This document shows, piece by piece, positions 19,656 to 27,446 of a stretch of 64,000 nucleotides of DNA. The translations under genes and the position numbers were made by a program. The stretch is from a virus. The first letter of the stretch is position 1, and every line of letters begins with the position of its first letter. The DNA lies in IMG/VR virus record IMGVR_UViG_3300045995_000473. One strand, written 5' to 3'. Under the pieces are notes generated by a model. The model was not told where the DNA came from and did no database searches. It saw only the letters and a program-made list of their open reading frames with translations.

Positions 19656-19964
19656 GGCATTACTCCCTTTATATTGACGTTGTAAGTGCGCTCTTATCGG
19701 CGCATCGTTGGAACATGAAAACGAATTAACTCATTGACCGGATCAATACCCTGCAAGCCGATAACATCGCGCTGATGCAGATGCTGGCAGCAGTCATCAG
19801 GCAAAGCGGACTGGACGTGCGCAGCGAATACCGTGCGCGTTGTGAGATCGTGAAGCGGATCACTGAACCGAATGCAGACGAAGATGCTTGCGCTATCCAG
19901 CGCACTGTAATGGGAAAGGTAGAACGAGTGGTACTAGGAGAACGCAATGCGCTCAATCCAGAAT

Positions 19965-19999
19965 AAAAAAATGCCACCGGCATTGCGACCGATGGCATT
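19965..19999 (-). terminator. Intrinsic terminator for leftward early transcript (tR1-like)
   Basis: ATGCCA..TGGCAT stem with A-tract on plus strand (U-tract on minus). Confidence 0.55.
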
Positions 20000-20148
20000 A
20001 ACCGCACAGAGGCTGCGCGGGCTTCGCTCAGGGAGTAGCACGAAGATGATAGAGGCGCGCTCACAGCGCAGCCTAGATAAAAGGTGGGTATCCACTGACG
20101 TGATAGGATTGAGTTCCTACACAACGATCCATAACGAAAGGGATACCC

Positions 20149-20379
20149 ATGATGATCTACTACCGATTCAGTACGCGCGCAGGGAATTTCTACATCCTGC
20201 AAAAGAATGGAATCTGGCATGCCATGTTCCAGGACGAAGACCTTGGGCCTTACGGCACTCCTCAGGAAGCACTGGACGATCTGGCAGGCGGTCATTCCGA
20301 CTGGCCTTCCTGCGGAGATCCTTCACGATTCGAACTTCCTTCCGAGCTGGAAGACTGGGAGTTGTTACACATCCGATAA
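20149..20379 (+). CDS. Hypothetical protein
   Basis: 76 aa acidic ORF with AAGGGA RBS. Confidence 0.6.
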   Translation: MMIYYRFSTRAGNFYILQKNGIWHAMFQDEDLGPYGTPQEALDDLAGGHSDWPSCGDPSRFELPSELEDWELLHIR

Positions 20380-20633
20380 ATACTCAGCATTTCCAGAAGA
20401 ACTTCTTCACGACTGAGGCCATCTTCCGAGCCGGATGGCAGGGAGTTGCTACGAAGCAGATAAGCGTTCAGTATTTGCTGAATAGATTCAGTGACTCTGA
20501 CCGCATCCCACAGCGGAAGAGCCAGTCTGACAATACCGCCATCCGGCATATTAAAACTGATGCCTATGACCTCGCCTTTGGTGCTGGTTGTTCCGCGCCA
20601 GGCGCACAACTTGAAATCTGGATGCAATGGCAT
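20292..20633 (-). CDS. Hypothetical protein following cro
   Basis: ATG abuts cro stop; similar to 22123-22527. Confidence 0.55.
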   Translation of the reverse strand: MPLHPDFKLCAWRGTTSTKGEVIGISFNMPDGGIVRLALPLWDAVRVTESIQQILNAYLLRSNSLPSGSEDGLSREEVLLEMLSIYRMCNNSQSSSSEGSSNREGSPQEGQSE

Positions 20634-20915
20634 TTACGCGGCCTCCTGTGTTTGATTGGATTCGCGGTCAGCCGATGCGCCAAACACATCCGGGCGCAAC
20701 TCGTACCGGGTTACCGCGCCATTGGTGATTTCTTCGATGGCCCGGCAGTGTTCAGCAGGCGGCGTGGGCGACTCGCTGTTCAGCCAGTTCCATACGTGCG
20801 CCTGAGCAACTTTGACCACAGTTCCGTTCTGCGCATGCCAGATCCTGATTTCAGCAGCTAGTTTTACCTGACCGCCAACGAGTTCAACTGACTTTAATAG
20901 TGGGGAAATTTTCAT
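20634..20915 (-). CDS. cro: Cro-like/YdaS-like HTH protein
   Basis: GGQVKLAAEI...QAHVWNWLN...PPAEHCRAIEEITNGAVTRYELRPDVFG; divergent from repressor. Confidence 0.8.
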   Translation of the reverse strand: MKISPLLKSVELVGGQVKLAAEIRIWHAQNGTVVKVAQAHVWNWLNSESPTPPAEHCRAIEEITNGAVTRYELRPDVFGASADRESNQTQEAA

Positions 20916-20929
20916 GATGCGCTCAGAAT

Positions 20930-20991
20930 ACAACGATACTTGTTGCAAGGTCAACAATTTTCATTGTTTGACTGCTTACAACTTTGTTTGT
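20930..20991. promoter_or_regulatory. Right operator: three ACAA-N6-TTGT sites with divergent promoters
   Basis: Sites at 20930, 20954, 20978 (24-bp period); PR-like TTGACC-N18-TATTCT on minus; PRM-like TTGACT-N17-TAAAAC on plus. Confidence 0.8.
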
Positions 20992-21003
20992 AAAACTGTA
21001 GTT

Positions 21004-21354
21004 ATGAATCTTTCAGAGCGAATTGTCCTAGCGCGGACACATGCGAAGCTAACACAAAGGCAATTAGCTGATTTATCTGGAGTCACTCAGCAGTCGATTT
21101 CATTGCTTGAAAAAGGAAAGCAGAAACAAACTACTGAGATCGTTTCAATAGCAGTGGCTTGCGGCGTGAGATCTGAATGGTTGGCTCTAGAGCAAGGCGA
21201 AATGGTAAACGGCTTGCATATTGAAGACGAACGCATCAAACGTGGCGTCACTATCCTGGAACAAATGCAGGCGGATAACCGACTAGACGACGCAATGGAG
21301 TTGCTTGATTCGATTGCTAAATTCAGCCGAAAAGCCAGTGGCGAGAACAAATAA
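21004..21354 (+). CDS. cI: CI-like XRE repressor without S24 peptidase domain
   Basis: HTH LTQRQLADLSGVTQQSISLLEKG, resembling 434 repressor TQQSIEQLENG; 116 aa. Confidence 0.85.
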   Translation: MNLSERIVLARTHAKLTQRQLADLSGVTQQSISLLEKGKQKQTTEIVSIAVACGVRSEWLALEQGEMVNGLHIEDERIKRGVTILEQMQADNRLDDAMELLDSIAKFSRKASGENK

Positions 21355-21404
21355 CGTAATTCAGCTGCAAATTCAATTAAAATTTGATTTTTAAAGAGGA
21401 TTTT

Positions 21405-21938
21405 ATGGCGCTTATTAAATGTACCGAATGCGGTAAGGAAGTTAGCGATCAGGCTAAGGCATGCCCGCAATGTGGTGCCAAGAAATTCAAGCCGAAGCCA
21501 GCGAAAAAACCTCTTGGACTTTTTGCATGGACAATGATCGCGGGATTTTCGGTTTTAGCCGCAGTTAGTTCATTCTTGCCAAAAAATACAACTCAAACAC
21601 CTACTCAAACACCAGAACAGATCGCCGCAAAGACTAAGAGAGATGGTCAGTTAGAGACTGGCGCATTAGGCGCAATTGCGCTAAAGAATCGCATGAAAGA
21701 CCCGGAGGCTTTCAATCTGACTGGCGCAAACGTCAAAGACAATGGCGCAACCTGCTACGAATACCGGGCTAAAAACGGCTTTGGTGCAATCTTTCCTGGC
21801 AGCGCTGTACTAACCAGCAAGGGCGATATCTATGTATCTGATCAAGGAGATAAATTTACCCGCGCCTGGAACAGGGAATGTGCAGGAAAATCAGGCGAGG
21901 ATATCAAATCAAAAGTCCGGATGATGGGCGTACTTTAA
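21405..21938 (+). CDS. Zinc-ribbon plus single-TM membrane protein
   Basis: CTECGKEVSDQAKACPQCG, hydrophobic FAWTMIAGFSVLAAVSSFL; AGAGGA RBS. Confidence 0.75.
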   Translation: MALIKCTECGKEVSDQAKACPQCGAKKFKPKPAKKPLGLFAWTMIAGFSVLAAVSSFLPKNTTQTPTQTPEQIAAKTKRDGQLETGALGAIALKNRMKDPEAFNLTGANVKDNGATCYEYRAKNGFGAIFPGSAVLTSKGDIYVSDQGDKFTRAWNRECAGKSGEDIKSKVRMMGVL

Positions 21939-21998
21939 TTAAACCGTGACAAATACACCAACCCCAGATCTATCACACATCCGGAACCAAAACGTGCC

Positions 21999-22259
21999 AT
22001 GAGTGTCATCGACTTCACCGACTATAAAAAGAATCTAGCCGGCAACACACCTAAAAAAATAACATTTAGGGGCGCTGTATACTTTGACGACACCAAGACT
22101 CCCTCTTCACTCAACTTCATTTTTACCATCGCAGATGGTGATGTTGCAGGAGTGATCGAAGCCGCAAAAGAATTCGGCGGCATACCCTATACCACCGATG
22201 ACGGGAAAACCCTTTTTCTTCCTTGGCCACCAGCAGCCATCGAGATTGAAGATATCTAG
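21999..22259 (+). CDS. Hypothetical protein
   Basis: 86-aa ORF downstream of cI operon. Confidence 0.55.
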   Translation: MSVIDFTDYKKNLAGNTPKKITFRGAVYFDDTKTPSSLNFIFTIADGDVAGVIEAAKEFGGIPYTTDDGKTLFLPWPPAAIEIEDI

Positions 22260-22527
22260 TGAAATCTTCGGCGCTATTCACTTTCACCCCTGAAGCCTGA
22301 ACGGAAGATATTTTCGACTGGCCGCGCTCTCTAACGTAGATCGCAAGGCTCTCCTGTAAAGCTTCAGCAATATTCCGTGCGCTTGCCTCATCAAGCGATA
22401 CACGTACCACCCCTCCTTCGCCCATCTCAAATATTACCCCGATCCGGCCAGCCCTCCTGTCAAACCGCGTGGCTCTACCCCACATCGCCCGTTTATAGCA
22501 ATTTGGCAACTTAAATAGCATTGTCAT
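22123..22527 (-). CDS. Hypothetical protein similar to 20292-20633
   Basis: IGVIFEMGEGGVVRVSL versus IGISFNMPDGGIVRLAL. Confidence 0.45.
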   Translation of the reverse strand: MTMLFKLPNCYKRAMWGRATRFDRRAGRIGVIFEMGEGGVVRVSLDEASARNIAEALQESLAIYVRERGQSKISSVQASGVKVNSAEDFTRYLQSRWLLVAKEEKGFSRHRWYRVCRRILLRLRSLLQHHHLRW

Positions 22528-22539
22528 ATCCTTAATTTT

Positions 22540-22570
22540 AACCGCCAGATGTCCTGACGGTTTTTATTTT
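22540..22570 (+). terminator. Intrinsic terminator upstream of PL
   Basis: AACCGCCAG-atgtc-CTGACGGTT followed by T-tract. Confidence 0.5.
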
Positions 22571-22579
22571 ACCTTAAAT

Positions 22580-22622
22580 ACAATTATTCTTGTTGACGTA
22601 TCAACAATTATAATTGTATAGT
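22580..22622 (+). promoter_or_regulatory. Left operator/promoter (PL-like) with two ACAA-N6-TTGT sites
   Basis: Sites 22580-22593 and 22604-22617 (24-bp period); TTGACG-N18-TATAGT. Confidence 0.75.
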
Positions 22623-22822
22623 ATCTCCCATACCGCAACCACAGCGGAGATGCGCTGCCAAGGTGACGCGAGCCGTAGTCCTCCATATCGGGGCCAACAC
22701 GAAAAAAAATGGATTCATGGAAGTTGACGGTGCAAGTCCATGTCTGAATAAACCGTACTGCCGGCAGCCAGATAAAACTGCCAACCAAGCAAAAACCGAC
22801 AAACTTACACAGGTAAATCATC

Positions 22823-23005
22823 ATGCCAAATTCAAAATTTAAATTTGAACTCGAACAACAGGTAACCATCACCGCCAGCGGCGAAACCGGTGAAGTAATT
22901 GGTCGCGCCGAATATGCGTATGCCGAAAAATCCTACTTTATTCGTTACAAATGCGGCAATGGCTGCGCGGTTGAAGCATGGTGGACTGAATCTGCGCTGT
23001 CTTAA
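22823..23005 (+). CDS. Hypothetical phage protein
   Basis: 60 aa; first ORF of rightward early operon. Confidence 0.65.
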   Translation: MPNSKFKFELEQQVTITASGETGEVIGRAEYAYAEKSYFIRYKCGNGCAVEAWWTESALS

Positions 23006-23058
23006 AACAAAACATACCTTTTAGATAACTAAAATTACTAATTGCGAAGGAAGAAATC

Positions 23059-23409
23059 ATGTCAAAACCTATCAACGAAACGCTGCGTCTGCTCAGCGGC
23101 GATACAGAGGGAAGCAACTTTCTCGATGATGTTTCCAACGCGATGGCCGAGCTGGTGACCGCCGTCGATTCCACCGGCAAAGGCGGCGAACTCAACATCA
23201 AGATCGTTCTGAAAAAAGCGACGCGCGGTGCTGTATCGGTAGCCGGTAAGTATTCGATCAAGAAACCGGTCACTGCGCCAGACGTTACGCTGCTGTTCAG
23301 TACGCCTGAAGGCAATCTGCTGACACAAGATCCACGTCAGCAAAATCTGGAGCTCAAAACCGTCGCCCAGGCCATTGCTGTACCACTCAAACAAGTAGGA
23401 GAAATGTAA
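23059..23409 (+). CDS. Hypothetical phage protein (partner of DUF2303 gene)
   Basis: 116 aa; AAGGAAG RBS; ends 2 nt before DUF2303 gene. Confidence 0.75.
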   Translation: MSKPINETLRLLSGDTEGSNFLDDVSNAMAELVTAVDSTGKGGELNIKIVLKKATRGAVSVAGKYSIKKPVTAPDVTLLFSTPEGNLLTQDPRQQNLELKTVAQAIAVPLKQVGEM

Positions 23410-23411
23410 TC

Positions 23412-24242
23412 ATGCAAGAAAATCAAGAAAATATCGCCGCTACAGTCGCGCGTGAAGCACGTAAGCCATTTCCTTTACCGGACAAACCAGCTTATGTCGC
23501 TGTTCCAGATGGCTGGAATCTTCAAGATACCGAAGCGCTTGATGCTTGTCCGCGCCGTAAAAAATCTACCGTCAGCCTGGACGACGACACCGGCTATATC
23601 GATTACATCAAGCGCCATGGCGCGCCTGACCTCACCACAATCTGGTGCGATGCAGATTATGAAAAAGGTCGTATCGGCTATACCTGCGTGCTGAATGATC
23701 ATGCTGGTGATGAAGGCGGTCAGGAATGGCGTGACCATATCGCCCGTTTTACTCCGGCTCAATCGGTAGAGTGGAAACGCTGGATCGACAAAGACGGCAA
23801 GGTTATGGATCAACTTGAGTTCGCGACATTCATCGAAAACAATCTAGCTGACATTGCAACCACTGAAGGCCTGCCATCTGGTACGGACATGTTGCACATG
23901 TCTACCAACCTTGAGATTACTCAGGACTCAAGCATCAAGAGCGCAATCCGCATGCAAAGCGGCGGTGTGCGCATTAGCTATATCGAGGATGAAAACGCCG
24001 AGACGGCCAAGTTCATGGAGGTTTACAGCCAGTTTGCCATCGGCATTCCGGTGTTTCGCGGCAGCGATGCATACCAGGTAAACGCCCGCCTTAAATATCG
24101 CCTGAACGGCGGAAAGCTCAAGTTCTGGTATGAGCTGATCCGCGCAGACAAGGTAATGGAAGCGTCAGCAAAAAGCCTGACAGTGAAGATTCAGGAACAA
24201 ACGACCTTTCCTATATTCCACGGCAATCCATTCGCAAGATAA
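23412..24242 (+). CDS. DUF2303 (YfdQ-like) family protein
   Basis: SVEWKRWI...MDQLEFATFIENNLADI, FAIGIPVFRG, ARLKYRL. Confidence 0.8.
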   Translation: MQENQENIAATVAREARKPFPLPDKPAYVAVPDGWNLQDTEALDACPRRKKSTVSLDDDTGYIDYIKRHGAPDLTTIWCDADYEKGRIGYTCVLNDHAGDEGGQEWRDHIARFTPAQSVEWKRWIDKDGKVMDQLEFATFIENNLADIATTEGLPSGTDMLHMSTNLEITQDSSIKSAIRMQSGGVRISYIEDENAETAKFMEVYSQFAIGIPVFRGSDAYQVNARLKYRLNGGKLKFWYELIRADKVMEASAKSLTVKIQEQTTFPIFHGNPFAR

Positions 24243-24287
24243 CTTAATACGCCCTGCCCGGCTTCGGGTAGGGAAAAGGAGAAAATC

Positions 24288-24722
24288 GTGCCTCAACTTC
24301 CACCAAAAGATCCGCCCCCAGACCCAGCAAATCAATATCTCCAAAAAATCGAGTTTGGCGGATTGATTTGGGAGAAGTCACGCCGATCTGATACCAATGA
24401 ATACACCGCTCATCATCCGGATATTGGAGATTTGCGCATATTCCAATATCCGAAAGAATCTTCATGCGACGGAGAATGGCTTTGGAATGCTGATATAGAC
24501 ATCCTATTTTCCAGGGATGACGCTCCAAAATATATAGAGACGCGCGTCAGCAATATCGTGGAAACAGCAGAAGAGGCAATGGCTCACTGCCTGCGCGCCA
24601 GGGAATACTTGATCGAGGACATCAAAAAACTATCAATGCATTTTAAAGTTGGCGGTTACCCCAGCGGGTTTGAAGATGGTCAGGCGGCACTTGCTAAAAA
24701 AATTGCTGCGGTGATGCCATGA
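24288..24722 (+). CDS. Hypothetical protein
   Basis: 144 aa, GTG start with AAGGAG RBS. Confidence 0.7.
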   Translation: MPQLPPKDPPPDPANQYLQKIEFGGLIWEKSRRSDTNEYTAHHPDIGDLRIFQYPKESSCDGEWLWNADIDILFSRDDAPKYIETRVSNIVETAEEAMAHCLRAREYLIEDIKKLSMHFKVGGYPSGFEDGQAALAKKIAAVMP

Positions 24723-24922
24723 CAGAAACGACTTTCTACGTGAACGTCTCTGCGGATCGGATGGATGTCTGTGATGGCGCCATCATCGCTTACATGATGA
24801 CCAATCCAGACTCCAGCGTCGATGACGCTTTAGATGCCATTTTTAATGTGGGTATGAATGTCGTCATCGCCATCAACCCAACTTTCCAAAACAATCAACC
24901 AGATGAGGTCTGCATATGCTGA
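24719..24922 (+). CDS. Hypothetical protein
   Basis: 67 aa, ATGA-coupled. Confidence 0.6.
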   Translation: MTETTFYVNVSADRMDVCDGAIIAYMMTNPDSSVDDALDAIFNVGMNVVIAINPTFQNNQPDEVCIC

Positions 24923-25071
24923 ACCGAGCAATCCTTGTTCCGCGCCGCAAGCCATATACGCAAACGCACTGGACTGTGCGTGTAATCCGCTGCATTCAAC
25001 ATTTCCGATACTACCGAAAACAGAGAATGTGCATCTCCGTTTCCTGGGCGCTTGCGAGGCACACACTATGA
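24916..25071 (+). CDS. Small basic hypothetical protein (not in ORF track)
   Basis: MLNRAILVPRRKPYTQTHW...SVSWALARHTL, 51 aa, GAGG RBS; stop overlaps next ATG. Confidence 0.55.
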   Translation: MLNRAILVPRRKPYTQTHWTVRVIRCIQHFRYYRKQRMCISVSWALARHTL

Positions 25072-25247
25072 GCACTCTTAACCTAAAAATTACCGCGTTA
25101 CGCCAAGCTGCAATCGATGCTGCGGTCGAACTAGACTGGACAAAAAATGAACCAGGTGTACAGCCTGAAATTCAAGAGCGAGCAGTCAGCATCATCCAGC
25201 GCGTGTTCGCAGCCTGCGAAGCTTTAGATGAGGCTGAAAAGCCATGA
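25068..25247 (+). CDS. Hypothetical protein
   Basis: MSTLNLKITALRQAAIDAAVEL..., ATGA-coupled at both ends. Confidence 0.55.
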   Translation: MSTLNLKITALRQAAIDAAVELDWTKNEPGVQPEIQERAVSIIQRVFAACEALDEAEKP

Positions 25248-25807
25248 GCAAGCCTAAAGCAAAGCGCGATAAAGCCTATCGCCCTAAAGGTGTGCGGATC
25301 CCGGTCACTAGTCTGCGTGATGAATTTGGCATTGTGCTGCACAGCTGCATCGTCGCTGCGCGCAATGGGCATTTCGATAAATCTCAATTTGACCGCATCG
25401 GGCAGGCGATCAATTGCGTATGGGGCGCGCTGTATTTAAAGCCGCCGAAAGACATCTCGGTGATGACGGTTGTTGAAGGTGCTATGCGCGCGATGAATGA
25501 TGTATCTGAGCGCGGCGATGCAACCGGACACTGGTTGCTGCGCGATTTTGAGCAGGCCGCCGTACTGGCAGGCATCCGCAAGATCGAAGAACAACTCCCC
25601 TACATGGACGTGATGATGCTGTATCGCGCCATGCAGGAAATGAAAACGCTCTCTCTCGCAGAACGCACGATTCGCTCGGAAGATATTCAATCCATCAATA
25701 TTCTCAACGAAAAAACGGGCGAAATTATCCGAATTGAAAGAGCAGCAGTAGGCAAGTTAACTAACCATAACAGCAAGGAGAATAGCAGTGAAACCAATCG
25801 AATTTGA
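25244..25807 (+). CDS. Hypothetical phage protein
   Basis: 187 aa, basic N-terminus, operon-coupled. Confidence 0.7.
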   Translation: MSKPKAKRDKAYRPKGVRIPVTSLRDEFGIVLHSCIVAARNGHFDKSQFDRIGQAINCVWGALYLKPPKDISVMTVVEGAMRAMNDVSERGDATGHWLLRDFEQAAVLAGIRKIEEQLPYMDVMMLYRAMQEMKTLSLAERTIRSEDIQSINILNEKTGEIIRIERAAVGKLTNHNSKENSSETNRI

Positions 25808-26351
25808 TCTTGGTGGCGGCGTAAAAATGGCGCTGCCTACCGAAACTGTCGTACGCAACCTACTCGACAGCCTACGCCAACAACCCAGCACTACCAAGTC
25901 CAGCAGCCCGAGAATAGGCGAATACCTGACAACGGAGGGCGGCATCTATGCCGGCGACATTCTGGGTGATGACAAGGTTTTGTACGGGCTAGTCATCAGC
26001 GAGGAAATCGAGATCGGCACGGCGATCTTTGGCCATGAGCATAACGGCGATCTGTCGCAATGGAATGGCCTGTCTAACACCAATACGCTGCTCGGAAAAT
26101 CACCAGCTGCCGACTTAGCTGCGAATTATGAGCGCAACGGGCATTGTGACTTTTATCTGCCTGCGCGCCGTGAGCTGATGATTGCGCTGGCGAATGTTCC
26201 GCAGCTGTTCAACCCGAAAGACTATTACTGGTCAAGCACCCCGCGCGGCAATGATTGTGCGTGGGCAGTGTACTTCGAGGGCGGCATCGTCCGCAACAAC
26301 ACTCGGGGCAACGAGTTCCGTGTTCGCCCCTTCCGCAGATTTACCCATTAA
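25788..26351 (+). CDS. DGR target protein 1, DUF1566-like C-type-lectin fold
   Basis: IGEYLTTEGGIYAG, FYLPARREL, YWSST...AWAVYF; 3' end is VR1; AAGGAG RBS. Confidence 0.88.
   Translation: MKPIEFDLGGGVKMALPTETVVRNLLDSLRQQPSTTKSSSPRIGEYLTTEGGIYAGDILGDDKVLYGLVISEEIEIGTAIFGHEHNGDLSQWNGLSNTNTLLGKSPAADLAANYERNGHCDFYLPARRELMIALANVPQLFNPKDYYWSSTPRGNDCAWAVYFEGGIVRNNTRGNEFRVRPFRRFTH
26260..26341 (+). repeat. DGR variable repeat VR1
   Basis: Aligns to TR 27350-27431 with 10 mismatches, 9 at TR adenines and one G>T. Confidence 0.93.
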
Positions 26352-26383
26352 CCCATTTATCAATTTTTAACAGGAGAATCACC

Positions 26384-26800
26384 ATGAACGAAAAGAAAAT
26401 CACGGTACCCAAAATAGGCGAACTTTGGGCAGAGCAAGGCGGTATTTATTGTGGTATGCGCCTCATAGGCGGCGAGGAACATCACGTTGTCACGCCTGCC
26501 GGTATTGATCACGACCTCACTGAAAAAAATTTTGCCGCAGCGGAATCTGCACAGTTCGGCGAAATCAACGGCCATAGCGATTGGCAGACTGGTGAGCAGG
26601 AAGATTACATGCTGGCATATGTCAACGCGCGCGCGCAATTCAAGTGCGACGGCGGCATGGATAGCGTTTACTGGACACGCTCTGTTCATCACGGCTGGGC
26701 GTGGGCAGTGGACTTCGAGAACGGCCTCGTCTACTACGACGTTCGGCGCAGCGAGTTCCGTGTTCGCCCCTTCCGCAGCTTCATCGCTTCATCAATTTAA
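26384..26800 (+). CDS. DGR target protein 2, DUF1566-like C-type-lectin fold
   Basis: ATG 26384 with AGGAG RBS; IGELWAEQGGIYCG, YWTRS..AWAVDF; 3' end is VR2. Confidence 0.9.
   Translation: MNEKKITVPKIGELWAEQGGIYCGMRLIGGEEHHVVTPAGIDHDLTEKNFAAAESAQFGEINGHSDWQTGEQEDYMLAYVNARAQFKCDGGMDSVYWTRSVHHGWAWAVDFENGLVYYDVRRSEFRVRPFRSFIASSI
26700..26785 (+). repeat. DGR variable repeat VR2
   Basis: Aligns to TR 27350-27435 with 13 mismatches, all at TR adenines. Confidence 0.96.
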
Positions 26801-26807
26801 CAATTTC

Positions 26808-26822
26808 GCGGGCGTAGCCCGC
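26808..26822. promoter_or_regulatory. DGR target-recognition hairpin/cruciform downstream of VR2
   Basis: GCGGGC-GTA-GCCCGC, 8 nt after target 2 stop. Confidence 0.7.
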
Positions 26823-26829
26823 TAAAACT

Positions 26830-27177
26830 ATGGCACTCCATACTGACACAGCAATTTACAAGGCGACTTACCAACTGGCACAGTTGGTGATGCAACTCGT
26901 AGCAAACATGCCCAGAAACTATAAGGCAGATTTCGGCGCTGAATTGAGAAGACGTTGCATGGGGCTGGTGATGCGTACCTACGAGGCGAATACGTCGCAG
27001 GAAAAGGCACCAATCCTAAGCAAAATGCGGCAGGAAGTTGAGGCGGTTAATCTGTCTCTTCGCCTTGCTGTTGACTTGCGTCTTATATCTCATAGTCAGT
27101 ATGGGAAAGCTATAGCCATCACGGCAAGCATTGGGAAGCAAGCTACCGGATGGCAGAGGAAATCGGAATGCGCTTGA
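26830..27177 (+). CDS. avd: Avd-like accessory variability determinant (four-helix bundle)
   Basis: 115 aa helical and basic; LRLAVDLRLIS..QY...IGKQATGW; between targets and TR. Confidence 0.85.
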   Translation: MALHTDTAIYKATYQLAQLVMQLVANMPRNYKADFGAELRRRCMGLVMRTYEANTSQEKAPILSKMRQEVEAVNLSLRLAVDLRLISHSQYGKAIAITASIGKQATGWQRKSECA

Positions 27178-27446
27178 CGCCGACTTTGCCAAGGCAATTT
27201 GGACAACGCGCTATGAATCTGGTCGAGCCGCTAGGGTACGCCCTACCGCCATGCGCATCAGAAATATCGTCGGCGAATGCCGAAATGATTTCGCGCAGTT
27301 TTCTAATTGAAGCAATGCCTCGATTTGAAAACGTGAATAGCTTGAATATCGTGGGCAGTGGACTTCGAGAACGGCAACGTCAACAACAACAATCGGAACA
27401 ACGAGTTCCGTGTTCGCCCCTTCCGCAAATTCAACCGAGATTTTCT
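27178..27446 (+). ncRNA. Putative DGR template RNA region (avd-RT spacer including TR)
   Basis: Hairpins TAGGG-TACG-CCCTA (27232-27245) and TCGGC-GAAT-GCCGA (27270-27283) upstream of TR. Confidence 0.6.
27350..27435 (+). repeat. DGR template repeat TR
   Basis: AAC-rich (GAG AAC GGC AAC GTC AAC AAC AAC AAT CGG AAC AAC GAG); matches both VRs outside adenines. Confidence 0.96.

Noticed and set aside
19947-20861. 304-aa plus-strand ORF
   Set aside because: Overlaps cro, two other ORFs and structured RNA; Arg/Ser-rich shadow composition with no motif.
24252-24273. Terminator after the DUF2303 gene
   Set aside because: Stem CCCTGCCCG/CGGGTAGGG is followed by an A-rich RBS, not a U-tract; it may be a processing or stability hairpin.
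26260-27435. CRISPR-like array from the three repeated ~85-bp segments
   Set aside because: Repeats lie within CDS ends at irregular spacing (440 and 650 bp), differ at adenines, and have no cas genes; they are explained as VR1, VR2 and TR.
27150-27446. 99-aa N-terminal extension as a genuine RT domain
   Set aside because: It is the off-frame translation of the avd end, spacer and TR (QRQQQQ from AAC runs); RT-like sequence begins at MDTEYS.
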